This document shows positions 53,903 through 64,000 of a DNA stretch of 64,000 nt, in pieces. Position numbers and translations under genes: made by a program. Position 1 is the first letter of the stretch. Every line of letters begins with the position of its first letter. Source of the DNA: Vicugna vicugna (taxonomy: Eukaryota); contig MU058687.1 of the NCBI GenBank assembly GCA_013265495.1, forward strand, positions 2,048,001 through 2,112,000. Reading direction: 5' to 3'. Under the pieces are notes generated by a model. It saw nothing but the letters and a program-made list of their open reading frames with translations. It was not told the origin of the DNA and did not search any database.

Positions 53903-54797
53903 AACACCCATGTCAAAAAGTTTGTTGAGAAGATTAAATGAAATAATGAATTTGAAGTCTTCAACATGATGTCTGGCCCAAAGTAAACCTTCAATAAATG
54001 TTACCTCAATCAACCCATCCCCTCACCCAAATTCTATATAGCTGAGGAAGGTACAGTATGAGAGGTGTGGCATCAGCAGAGTTTGGTAAACCTTTGCCAT
54101 CTGCCACCTACAAAAAAGGTGTCAGGAGTGCTGGGGCCAAGGAGGAAGGCAAGATTTGGGGAGTCACTCATTTTTCATGTGAATGTGGACACTTCCTGCC
54201 CTCCACCTTGCTGGACACTGCTTCTATTAGTAACATCTCTCCAGTGGTTACTGGAAAAAAAATTCTGGAGAGTCCAGAATGTCTTGGATCAGCTTAGAGA
54301 AGATCTGAGCAAGGAAAAGAATTGTGGGAGGGACACAAAGGCAAAAAGACACTATCTCTGTTCTTATGATAATTATAGTCTTGTGGGAGGTGACAGAATA
54401 TAAACAAATACACACCAAATAAACAAGGTACTGTTGGATTATGATTAGGTCATAAAAGAAAGAAAGAAAATGATGAGATAGAAAATGTCTAGGAGAGTAG
54501 GATTTCTTCAGATGGTATTAGAAAAGGCCTCTTTGTGGAGGTGATGTTTTAGCCAAGACTTCAAAGATGAGGCGATTCCTTGACCCTCACTTGCAAAACC
54601 CTATAGACAGGCATTCTTGGTTGCAGGACAGTATATGCCAAGGCCCTGGGGTGGGGGGAGGGAGGTAAGGAGGGAGGGCTTAGTGATTGGTACTGACAGC
54701 ATGGGACAGGGGCCAGATCACAGGCTGTGCAGGCCGTGATGAGGACTTTCAGTTGACTATAACTGCAGGGACTCTACTGAGCCAGCAATCAGCAGAG

Positions 54798-54806
54798 GTG
54801 TGTGTG

Positions 54807-54841
<35 letters not shown>
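54798..54841. repeat. (GT)n microsatellite, 22 units with one GC interruption
   Basis: Directly visible in the sequence. Confidence 0.95.
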
Positions 54842-54844
<3 letters not shown>

Positions 54845-56652
54845 GGACAAAGGAGGGAGAAACCTATTATTTCTTTCTGTGTGCAGATCCTATTCATCAG
54901 ATGATTTCCTCATTCAACTTACAGCCTCACGCTAATGGTCAATTGGGGGAAACTCGTTGACTAGACTCTCTTCCTCAGTAATTACTAATATTTTTGGAAT
55001 GTTTAATTTGTGTTGGGCTCTATGCTAGATGCTTTGCATTCCCTATTTCTCTTAATCTCCACCCAAGAGATGGGTACATTCTGCTATTGTCTCATCTTAC
55101 AGATGAGTAAGTTCAGTAGTTAGCTCTGGACATAGCTAATTACATGTGGAGCTTCACCCTTGGCTTCTCTCTCTTCTCTGCTTTACCTGCTCCAAGTCTT
55201 CTCAGAACTCCTTATCATCAGCGACTGTTTCAATCACCAGCAATGATGGCCTTTCCTGAGAACTGTTCCTCTCCAATTTTCCTTTTGGTCCTTTTTTTTC
55301 TTAAATGTCACCCTTCCTGGCTTCTATACACTAGTTCTCTTCCAATGCTCTCTGTTCCTTTGAGCTGGCTTCTTTGCCCCCACAGATTTCTTCTCTCGTA
55401 CCCTCTTTCCTTGAGTGGCCCTGCCCACAGCTACCATTATCACTAGCTTTCATTTAAAATTTCCCTGAAGATTGAGACAAGCACTTCTAATGTCCTGTTC
55501 CAGAACAGTAAACAAATATTTTTTTTAATGGACAATAGTTACTGAGTACCTACCATGTGCAAAGTACTATGCTAGGAATTGCTGAGAATACAATGGCTAG
55601 GACAGGGTCTCTGGGGTGAAGGAGTAGACTTCATTTTTGTTTACACAGCTATATACAGTAAATATTTGTTATGTATAAGTAATTTAGTTGGGGGGGCAAA
55701 CTTGCACATAATTGGCTCTGATTCAAGGCTGAATGAAGAAAATGCTGTAAGAAAGATACCAACAAGGGCTGAGAGAGCCTAACAGAGTAGGTAAGTAAAG
55801 GGAATTCTTCATGGAGGTGCCACTGGCATTGAGCCTTTAAATCACCCCAAATCCCAGGAGTGTTCAAGAAATAGCATGGGGTCTGGTGTGCCAAGCATGA
55901 TGCAGGAGGTAGTGGAAGATGGATGAAGTGAAATGGTGTTTCAGGAATCTCACTCTGGTACCAGTAGAGAGAATAACTTTTTGGGGAGAGAGAGCCTGGA
56001 AGTGGTAAGACCAGTAGGGAGGCTGCTGCACCATTCACAGGAGTAGTTACCTACCCAGAAGAGGTCTATGGCAATCAGATAGCAAAAGAGCGAGGGTGGA
56101 TGCAAGAACTATCAAAGGAGAATCCATGAGGCTTGGTATTTAATTAGATGAAGAGGTATAAGGAAAAAGCAGGGGCTAATGGCTAACTCACTTGGGTAAC
56201 TGCAGGATGGTGGTGACATCTCCCAAACTGGGGACAGTGGAGAAGGGGCAGATATGATAGGGACTGTGGAAGAAACTAAGATTTGTTTTGACATCTTAAA
56301 TTGGAGATGCTGGTGGAGAAGACAAGTGGTGATAGCTAATAGAAAGCTGAAAACAGAAGCTAGATTTCAAGAAACTTGGGAGCTTTCAGTGCTGATGGAG
56401 GCAACTGACACCATGGGAGCTGATATGATTTGTGGGAGAGAACGTCACTTAAGCAGAAAAGAGGGCTGATGGCTGGGGACACCTCTTGAACATTTCCATC
56501 TTTTTGTCCTGTGGGAGCCACAAATTTAGTATGTCCAAACTGGAATTAATCATCTTCCCACCAAACCTTTTTCTCTCCTTGACTTTCTCTAGCTGTTCAA
56601 ATGGCACCAACCACTCTGTTAGTCACTGTGGCTCAAAACTTTAGTCATCTTT

Positions 56653-56789
56653 AACTCATAGAGAAAAAAAGGTGACAATGAGTGTGTATATGTCCATGAA
56701 TGACTGAAAAATTGTGCTGAACACTGGAATTTGACACAACATTGTAAAATGATTATAAATCAATAAAAAATGTTAAAAAAAGAGAAAAA
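56653..56789 (+). mobile_element. Very short L1 3'-end insertion, same young family as the 32.7-kb copy
   Basis: Near-identical to the reverse complement of ~32750-32870. AATAAA then an A-rich tail; TSD AAAACTTT(A/G)GTCATCTTT at 56635-56652 and 56790-56807. Confidence 0.92.
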
Positions 56790-56849
56790 AAAACTTTGGT
56801 CATCTTTGTCTCCTCAATTCTTTTTTTTTTGAATTTTACAATTTTATTT

Positions 56850-57305
56850 ATTTATTTAATTGAAGTATAGTTGATGTACTTAGTATATATTATTTGTATA
56901 TTTATTTATTGAATTATAGTTGATTATATAAACTACAGGTGTACAATATAGTGATTCACAATTTTTAAACGTCATATTCCATTTACAATTATTGTAAAAT
57001 ATTGGCTATATTCCCTGTGTTGTACACTACATTCTTGTAGCTTATTTTATACATAATAATTTGTATCTCTTAATCCCCTACCCCTTTATAGTTCCTCTCC
57101 TCTTCCCTCTTCCCACTGGTAACCACTAGTTTGTTCTCTGTATCTGTGTCTACTTTTTAAAAAATATTCACTAGTTGTATTTTTTTTTAGATTCCGCATA
57201 TAAGTGATATCATACAGTATTTGTCTTTCTCTGATTTATTTCACTTATTATAGTACCTTCCAAGTCTATCCACATTGCTGCAAATGGCAAAATTTTATTT
57301 TTTAC
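56850..57305 (-). mobile_element. L1 3' end fragment (artiodactyl/L1MA type)
   Basis: Contains attgaagtatagttgat...ggtgtacaatatagtgattca...tagattccgcatataagtgatatcatacagtatttgtctttctct. Confidence 0.8.
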
Positions 57306-57834
57306 TTTTATACATTCTTAATTCTTTACATAGTAAGTTTCACCTATAGAAAATTCTGAAAATCTATAAGGACAACACGTAGGCAATACAAATGCCTACA
57401 ATGGAACTATTTTGAATGATACGTAGTGTATCATTCTTGTCATATTCCTATGCAAGTATAGATTTAATTTCCTTTATACATGAATAGTCATACTCTACAT
57501 GTTTAGAGTAACATTTTTATTGAAGTATGACTATCACACAGAAATATACACAACCAGAAACTGATGACTTTTCATGTAATTAAATATTTTTCCACAATGA
57601 ATTTAAAAAGGCTGCAAGTTATTCCATCCAATAGATTTATCGTAATTTAGATAACTAACCCCTGTTGTAGGATTTCTGGATTTTTTCCTAGTCTTCTCAG
57701 CCTGCCCTCCACAATGCTACAAAGATGAATTTACCTGTATTTAACATTTTGACGTCCATTTCCAGTTTTTTCTTTAGAATAAAATTTAGTAGAGGCATAA
57801 TTTCTGGGTCAAAAGGCATGTGTATATTTAAAAA

Positions 57835-58660
57835 TAAATTTTTAATTTCAGAATAGTTTTAGGTTTACAGAAAAATTCTGAAGATACTACAGACAGTTCC
57901 CATATACCTCATACTCCATTTCTTCCATATTAACATCGCACATTTGTCACAATTAATGAACCAATGTTGAGACATTATTATTAACTAAAGTCCATAATTT
58001 ACCCAGATTTCTTTAGTTTTTACCTAATGTCCTTTATCTATTCCAGTATCCTATCAGGATACAACCTTACATTTAGTTGCCATGTCTCTTTAGGCACCTC
58101 TTGGCTGTGACAGTTTCTCAGACTTCCCTTGCTTTTGGAAACCTTGACAATTTTGAGGAATATTGGTCAGATATTTTTGTAGAACTTCGGAGTCGACCAC
58201 TTTTTTTCCTTATTAGACTGGGGTTATGAGTTTTGGAAAGTACCTTAGAGAGAAAAATGCCACTCTTGTTGTATCATATCTAATATTAATATATATTATA
58301 TATATATAATAGTATCATACTATTAACATGATTTATCACTGTTGATGTTAATCTTGATCACCTGGCCAAGGTAGTGCTTGCCTAGTCTCTCCGCTAGGAA
58401 GTTACTCACTTTCCCGTTCTTTCCATATTGAACTCTTTGAAAGGAAGTCACTACACAGTCCACATTTAGAATCGTGAGTTTTGTTCAGGGTGGAGTATCT
58501 ATACAAATTATTTGGAATTCTGCACCAAAGACATCCCTTCTTCCCCACTTACAAATTTATTTGTATCTGTAATTAATTTATATCCATTTGGAGTAGGGAT
58601 ATTACTTAAATACTTCACAAGTTATAATCCAGTACTGCTTTACTTCTTTTGTTGCTCAAG
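57835..58660 (-). mobile_element. L1MC-type 3' UTR
   Basis: Contains gaatagttttaggtttacagaaaaat...acattattattaactaaagtccat...acatttagttgccatgtctc...cagtttctcagact. Confidence 0.75.
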
Positions 58661-58779
58661 GTATGTGTATTTTTAATAGTCTGAGTAACTCACTACAAAG
58701 CTATCCCGCCAACAGTTGTGCAACTCGTGTGGTTAAGAATGAGGATCCATTTCCCTAACTTCACATACCCTTCATAAAG

Positions 58780-59560
58780 TAGGTCAGGAGCAAGGGCGAG
58801 GCCGACGCCCCTCCCGAGCGCCCAATTTCCTGACCCCAGCCAAGGCGGACGAAGCCTGCAAGGGAAGGTTCTTCCTCAAGAAGGGTACCTCGGCCCCACC
58901 CCTGCCGCCCCCAACCCCTCGCCTCTCCTCGCCTCTTTGTCTTTCTTCTCGGGACCCCAGGACCCGCCCCCCGTAAGGCGGAAGTGGGAGCGGCCAAGAG
59001 CCGGAAGCGCCGGGCCGGGGCGGGCCCTCTCGCCCAGCCAGTCCCTCCCATTCCACCACTGCTCCACCCCTCCGGCCCAGACCGGAAATGAGGTCACGGA
59101 GGGAAGCCCCGGCGGGGAGACTCGGCCCCGAAAGCGGTGGCCGTTGGAGGTAGCTGCGGCAGCTGGTGAGGGGGATTGGGGGTGAAAGGGTCGGGGCCCA
59201 GGGGGTCGGCGCCAGCGGGAATCCGGGCTCCAGGCCGCGGCTGAACAGACAGAGGCACCAGGGGGCCGCGGAGGCCGGCGGGAGGGGCGAGGGTGGCGGG
59301 GCCTTGTTTTTCAGGGCCCATCACCCCCATCCCATGGATGAGGGCCGGGTCGTCTTTAGGACGAGTCACCTTCTCTCTTCTCTGCTTTCTGGCTCTTTTG
59401 GGCTGGAAACAGCGTGAGGGCTTGGTGTCACGAGCTGTGGTCGCCCTAGTCCTCGGGGGCGGGCCGGGGCGTGGGGGAGAGTCCTTCGAAACATGCTTTT
59501 TCTCACGTATGTGGCCATGTTGCGACCCCAGAGCACGGAGGGGGTTTAGTCGCCAGGACT
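58780..59560 (+). promoter_or_regulatory. CpG-island, TATA-less promoter of GPATCH2L
   Basis: Abrupt shift to high GC and CpG. ETS cores GCGGAAGTG (58978), CCGGAAGC (59001), CCGGAAAT (59082); GC boxes CCCGCCCC (58963) and GGGGCGGG (59017). About 2.2 kb upstream of the coding exon. Confidence 0.9.
59085..59165 (+). other. GPATCH2L: GPATCH2L non-coding exon 1 (5' UTR); the start is approximate
   Basis: Lies in the CpG island just downstream of ETS/GC-box motifs. Good donor CTG|GTGAGG at 59165/59166, giving intron 1 = 59166-61329. Confidence 0.65.
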
Positions 59561-61318
59561 TGTATTTTGGCAGTTTCTGTCCTAGAAGGGCTGACCCCCT
59601 GACCCTGGTTATCCCAAACGAGAAGTTGCCTCCCGCCTACCCCACCTCCGTCTCCCCCTCCGACTCTGCGCCTGCCTCTCCTTTTACTTTGGCTAATTTT
59701 CGATTCTTTCCTTTGCGTGACAGCTTTTTCTTTCCCCGAGTGTTTGCCTGGCCCTGGGCGACCTCTCCGACTGTGCATCCAGGGAGGGGTGGGAGTTCCA
59801 GGGTTCTGTCACCTACTGTTCGAATTGCAGTCGCTGAGGTAGGCATTCGACTGCACAGGCATTCGATACAAGTTAGTTGGTAACTTGGTTCCACGTTAAA
59901 GTTTGTACAGTTCTGCCTGAGTTCTTAAAGCAGTAGCTCCTTATTAGAGAGGTAGATTTAGATAAGTGCATCCCCACGTATCTGTTTTGGTTTTAGGAAC
60001 AGTTGTCTCCCAAACCTCAGTCATGGCGTTTTAATCTACTTATTGTTTGAAGGGATGTGGTCATTTTACGAATGCGGCTTTTGACATTTTGAGAAGTGTT
60101 GTTTCGTTGGTAGTTTTGAAACTAGATGTCCCTGTTGCTCCCACCGATATGGTGCATAAGCCAGCTGACTGTTTTCCTGCCTTTGAACTGGTTGGCATAG
60201 GGATAGCATGGAAATAGATTTTAGAAGGTCCTTTGCAAAATGTAAACTGTATCAACAGAGATATGGTCTGAGAGTGGCGCCACAGTTTTAAGCTCTAATT
60301 ACGGTCTTGAATTACTTTGGGTTTAACAAGGGCTAGGGGAAAAGTGCTAATTTAAAATGTATTTAATTAAATGTACAAAATATAATAGACATTTCCCTTT
60401 AAAAGGGCGTTTTGAAAATTGCTTCTCCTGCTTTCATCCTCTGGAAGGTTTACCTCTGAAGTGATCCCTGAAGTGTGATATTTCACATGAATAAGTTGAA
60501 AAGTAGAAAATTTTGGAAAGCTATTAGCTAGAAGTCTTGGAGACTCCACCCATCCTTGTCATTTCAGCCTCAGTTATATCCCGTTTTTGTGTAATGGTCT
60601 GGCACTAAAGCACAAAATTTGGATGATCACTTAATTTATTTTCTGAGGGATTGTGAGAAGAGCTTAAAAGCTTCTAATTAGTCACAAATATATGACATGT
60701 TCTATAAGGCCCTTTACCTGGTAGCTTCCAAGTGGTAGTTGTGACCAGAATGGGTGCAAACTTAAGTCTTTTTTATCCATGCAGAGTACAAACCTGGATC
60801 ACTACAAATTCTTGGATCACCGAAACTGCAGGCATTCTTCTGTAAAGTGTCACTAAGTAGTCTTTCTCTCCTGCCACAAACACTCCTATTAGTGACCCCA
60901 GACCATAAAACAGACTTTCATCCAATGTTGAAGTTAAGTGTTTTTCTACTCCTGTCTGATGAGACATTCTCTAATCTTTTTGGATCTCATCCTCAGGTAA
61001 TTTAGTTTAGCAAGTTTAATTGGGGGGGAAATGGGAAAGATTTATTCCCCCTGAGTTTGCTTGTTTTTACTAATAACTGAGATGTCATCTGGTATTTTGA
61101 ATTTTTGTGCTTAAGAACATGTTGACTTCAGGCACTTAACAAGGGCCAAACACCTATTTTTAGTGGCATGGTTGGTAGGATTAGAGTCTAAGTAGCCAGG
61201 TGAAGGTGACTTTTAATTTCTATAGATAGGGTGACCTTTGCAGTGCCATGATCTATTTTATAAAATTATCAAAAATGACAGATCCCATTCAGTCTTTCTT
61301 CTTTTTTATTTTTTCTGA

Positions 61319-62002
<684 letters not shown>

Positions 62003-62759
62003 TGAGATCTCCCTTACTAAGTCAAAGATTTTCCTGGTTAATTTTAGCCAAAGCACAAGTCCACAGTCTTGATGAATTCAGCCTTCTTCCAAACCATCCA
62101 CTGTAGTATTGACTTTGTAGCCCTCCTTTAACCAATCAGGTAGTGTTTATCTCTAGCTTCTTAAAGTACATTCATGAGCCTGTTTCCCTATGTCAAGAAG
62201 GCTGTATTTTATAGAAACACATTTGCTTATAGATATTGTTTAAAATGTGTACCTCAAATGCATAATCAGGAGTTTTATCTTAAAAACATTTTGCTGCTCT
62301 TTATGCCACGTAGGTCATATGTAGACACTGTTCTTTAAATAGAACCAGGGTCTCAGCAGAGGCTGGTGTGTGTGAGAGAAAACGTGGGTTCCAGGCACGT
62401 GGAGTTTGTAAATGTTCCTGGTAAGCTGCCTTTACCCGTGAGGAATCATGGCTTTAGGTATTTCTGGGCTGCAATTCTGTTCTGTGCTACTTACAGTTTG
62501 ACTGTATTAAGTTTGCTTTCATGGCTGGCATTCAAGTTGTCTGAACACCTGGTAGGCTTTGAAAATAACAGTGCTGAATCCCATTAGTCTTATACCAAAT
62601 GTCATCAAGCCAGAAAAATTTGTCTCTGATGGATGCATGTTTTAAATGTCAGTGTAGTTTTTGGTGACTTTCTATTTTTTGCATCTCAAATAGATAGTCC
62701 TCGGAACCTTGATACAGCTTTATACTTTAATATTATTATTAATGTTAATGAGTGATATC

Positions 62760-62942
62760 TTGTTTTTCAATAAGGATGCTGTTGGTGTTTTGGATGGGGC
62801 AGTTCTTTGTAGTGAGGGATGTCCTATGTCTTGCAGGATATTTGGCATCCCTACATTGTTCCCACTGCCCTTCATCATAAAAAGCAGATGCTTCCAAGGG
62901 TGCTCCCTAGGGTAGGTTGAGTAGTTCCAGTTGAGAACCACA
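62760..62942. mobile_element. MER20-like hAT MITE in GPATCH2L intron 2
   Basis: Contains gttctttgtagtgagggatgtcctatgtcttgcaggatatttggcatccct...ccagttgagaaccac. Confidence 0.6.
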
Positions 62943-64000
62943 GTATTCTATTATTGTTAATATTAGTTAGCATTTATTAAGCACTAACTGTGTGCCAGGC
63001 ACTGTACTGTTGTGCAGAACATATATTCTCATTTGATCTTCACACCTTCACTGTCTGGTAGGTAGCACTATTTGTATTTTATAGAAGAGGAAGTAGAGGT
63101 TATGAATGTGTAGATAATTTGCCCAGAGTCACCCAGTAGCAAAACTGGGAATCAGACCTGATTCCAAAGATCATAGTTAACCACCACATTTTGCCGCTCT
63201 TTGAGCTTGTGTTTTCTGTGGCTCTTTTTCTGTCTCAGCTTAACTTTTATAACTAGAACGGGTGACCTTTCTTAGGACTTTGCTGCTTCTGACGTTCTTC
63301 TGAAAAACAGAGACATAAATCTTAGGAAGTCTGAGGTGAGGCTTTGTCAGTAACAGGAAAGCTGTCCAGGTCTGTATGCTTTTACTTTTAATGGGTGGTT
63401 TTTAATCCAGCTTTAAAAATTGTTTTTGATAACTTTATATTTGCCATTCTGTGCAACTAGGTAGGTTTATAATTCGGCTATCCTGATTTTCCTCTAATAT
63501 ATATTCTAAGGCTGTTTTCCTGATTTATTTGTATAATTTTGGATTATAAAGATTTTTTTTCCGTATCATATTATTTTTAATCAAACAAGAGATGTGTAGT
63601 CAACATACAGCCTTTCACAATACTGAAACCCTCAACTGAGGTATTCACGTTTGTTTCAATATCAAGCTGACATACCAAATAGTAATCACCTTACTGTTAA
63701 GAATGGCAGTTTAAAAAACAGCTTTTTGGGATGATGTTTTTGGATGTGTATCTTTCTTCCCCAGAATTTCTTTTAAACTATGACATAATTGCGTGTAGAG
63801 CAACTGTTAGTTGTCTTTTCTAAGATCACAGCTCAAGTCTGGTTCCAAATGTAGAGCCTGTAATCTTGTAGTTCTAGCCCAGACACATCTGTTGCACACT
63901 ATAATCAGTTGTGATAATATACCTTCTAGTTATCTAAGAGCCTGGATAAATTGAGGTAGGCAGCAATTCTTATGAAATTCTTACTCTTTTCAAGTTGTGG

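Overview
This is mammalian genomic DNA, most likely from a camelid (alpaca, llama or camel). The main evidence is a tRNA-Ala-type Vic-1-like SINE; I recognised no Alu, B1, BovB/Bov-tA, PRE or SINEC copies. About 58.7 kb of repeat-rich intergenic DNA precedes the 5' end of GPATCH2L (C14orf118 ortholog) on the + strand. The gene part comprises a CpG-island promoter (~58.8-59.6 kb), a non-coding exon 1 ending at 59165, and coding exon 2 (61330-62001, CDS from 61340). The intergenic part holds young and old L1s, an L3/CR1 relic, MIRs, MaLR/ERVL LTRs, hAT MITEs and microsatellites. It also holds several TE-free, TAAT-rich or CpG-rich blocks that look like enhancers; their conservation cannot be tested here. 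Apart from the GPATCH2L exon and L1 ORF2 fragments, the listed ORFs look spurious. I found no convincing new biological system. The best oddities are a young L1 with a 52-bp flanking duplication and a frame-intact ORF2 end carrying in-frame deletions, an out-of-frame ATG at the first base of GPATCH2L exon 2, and an unexplained 41-bp direct repeat. Repeat subfamily names come from recalled consensus features, and many boundaries are approximate.
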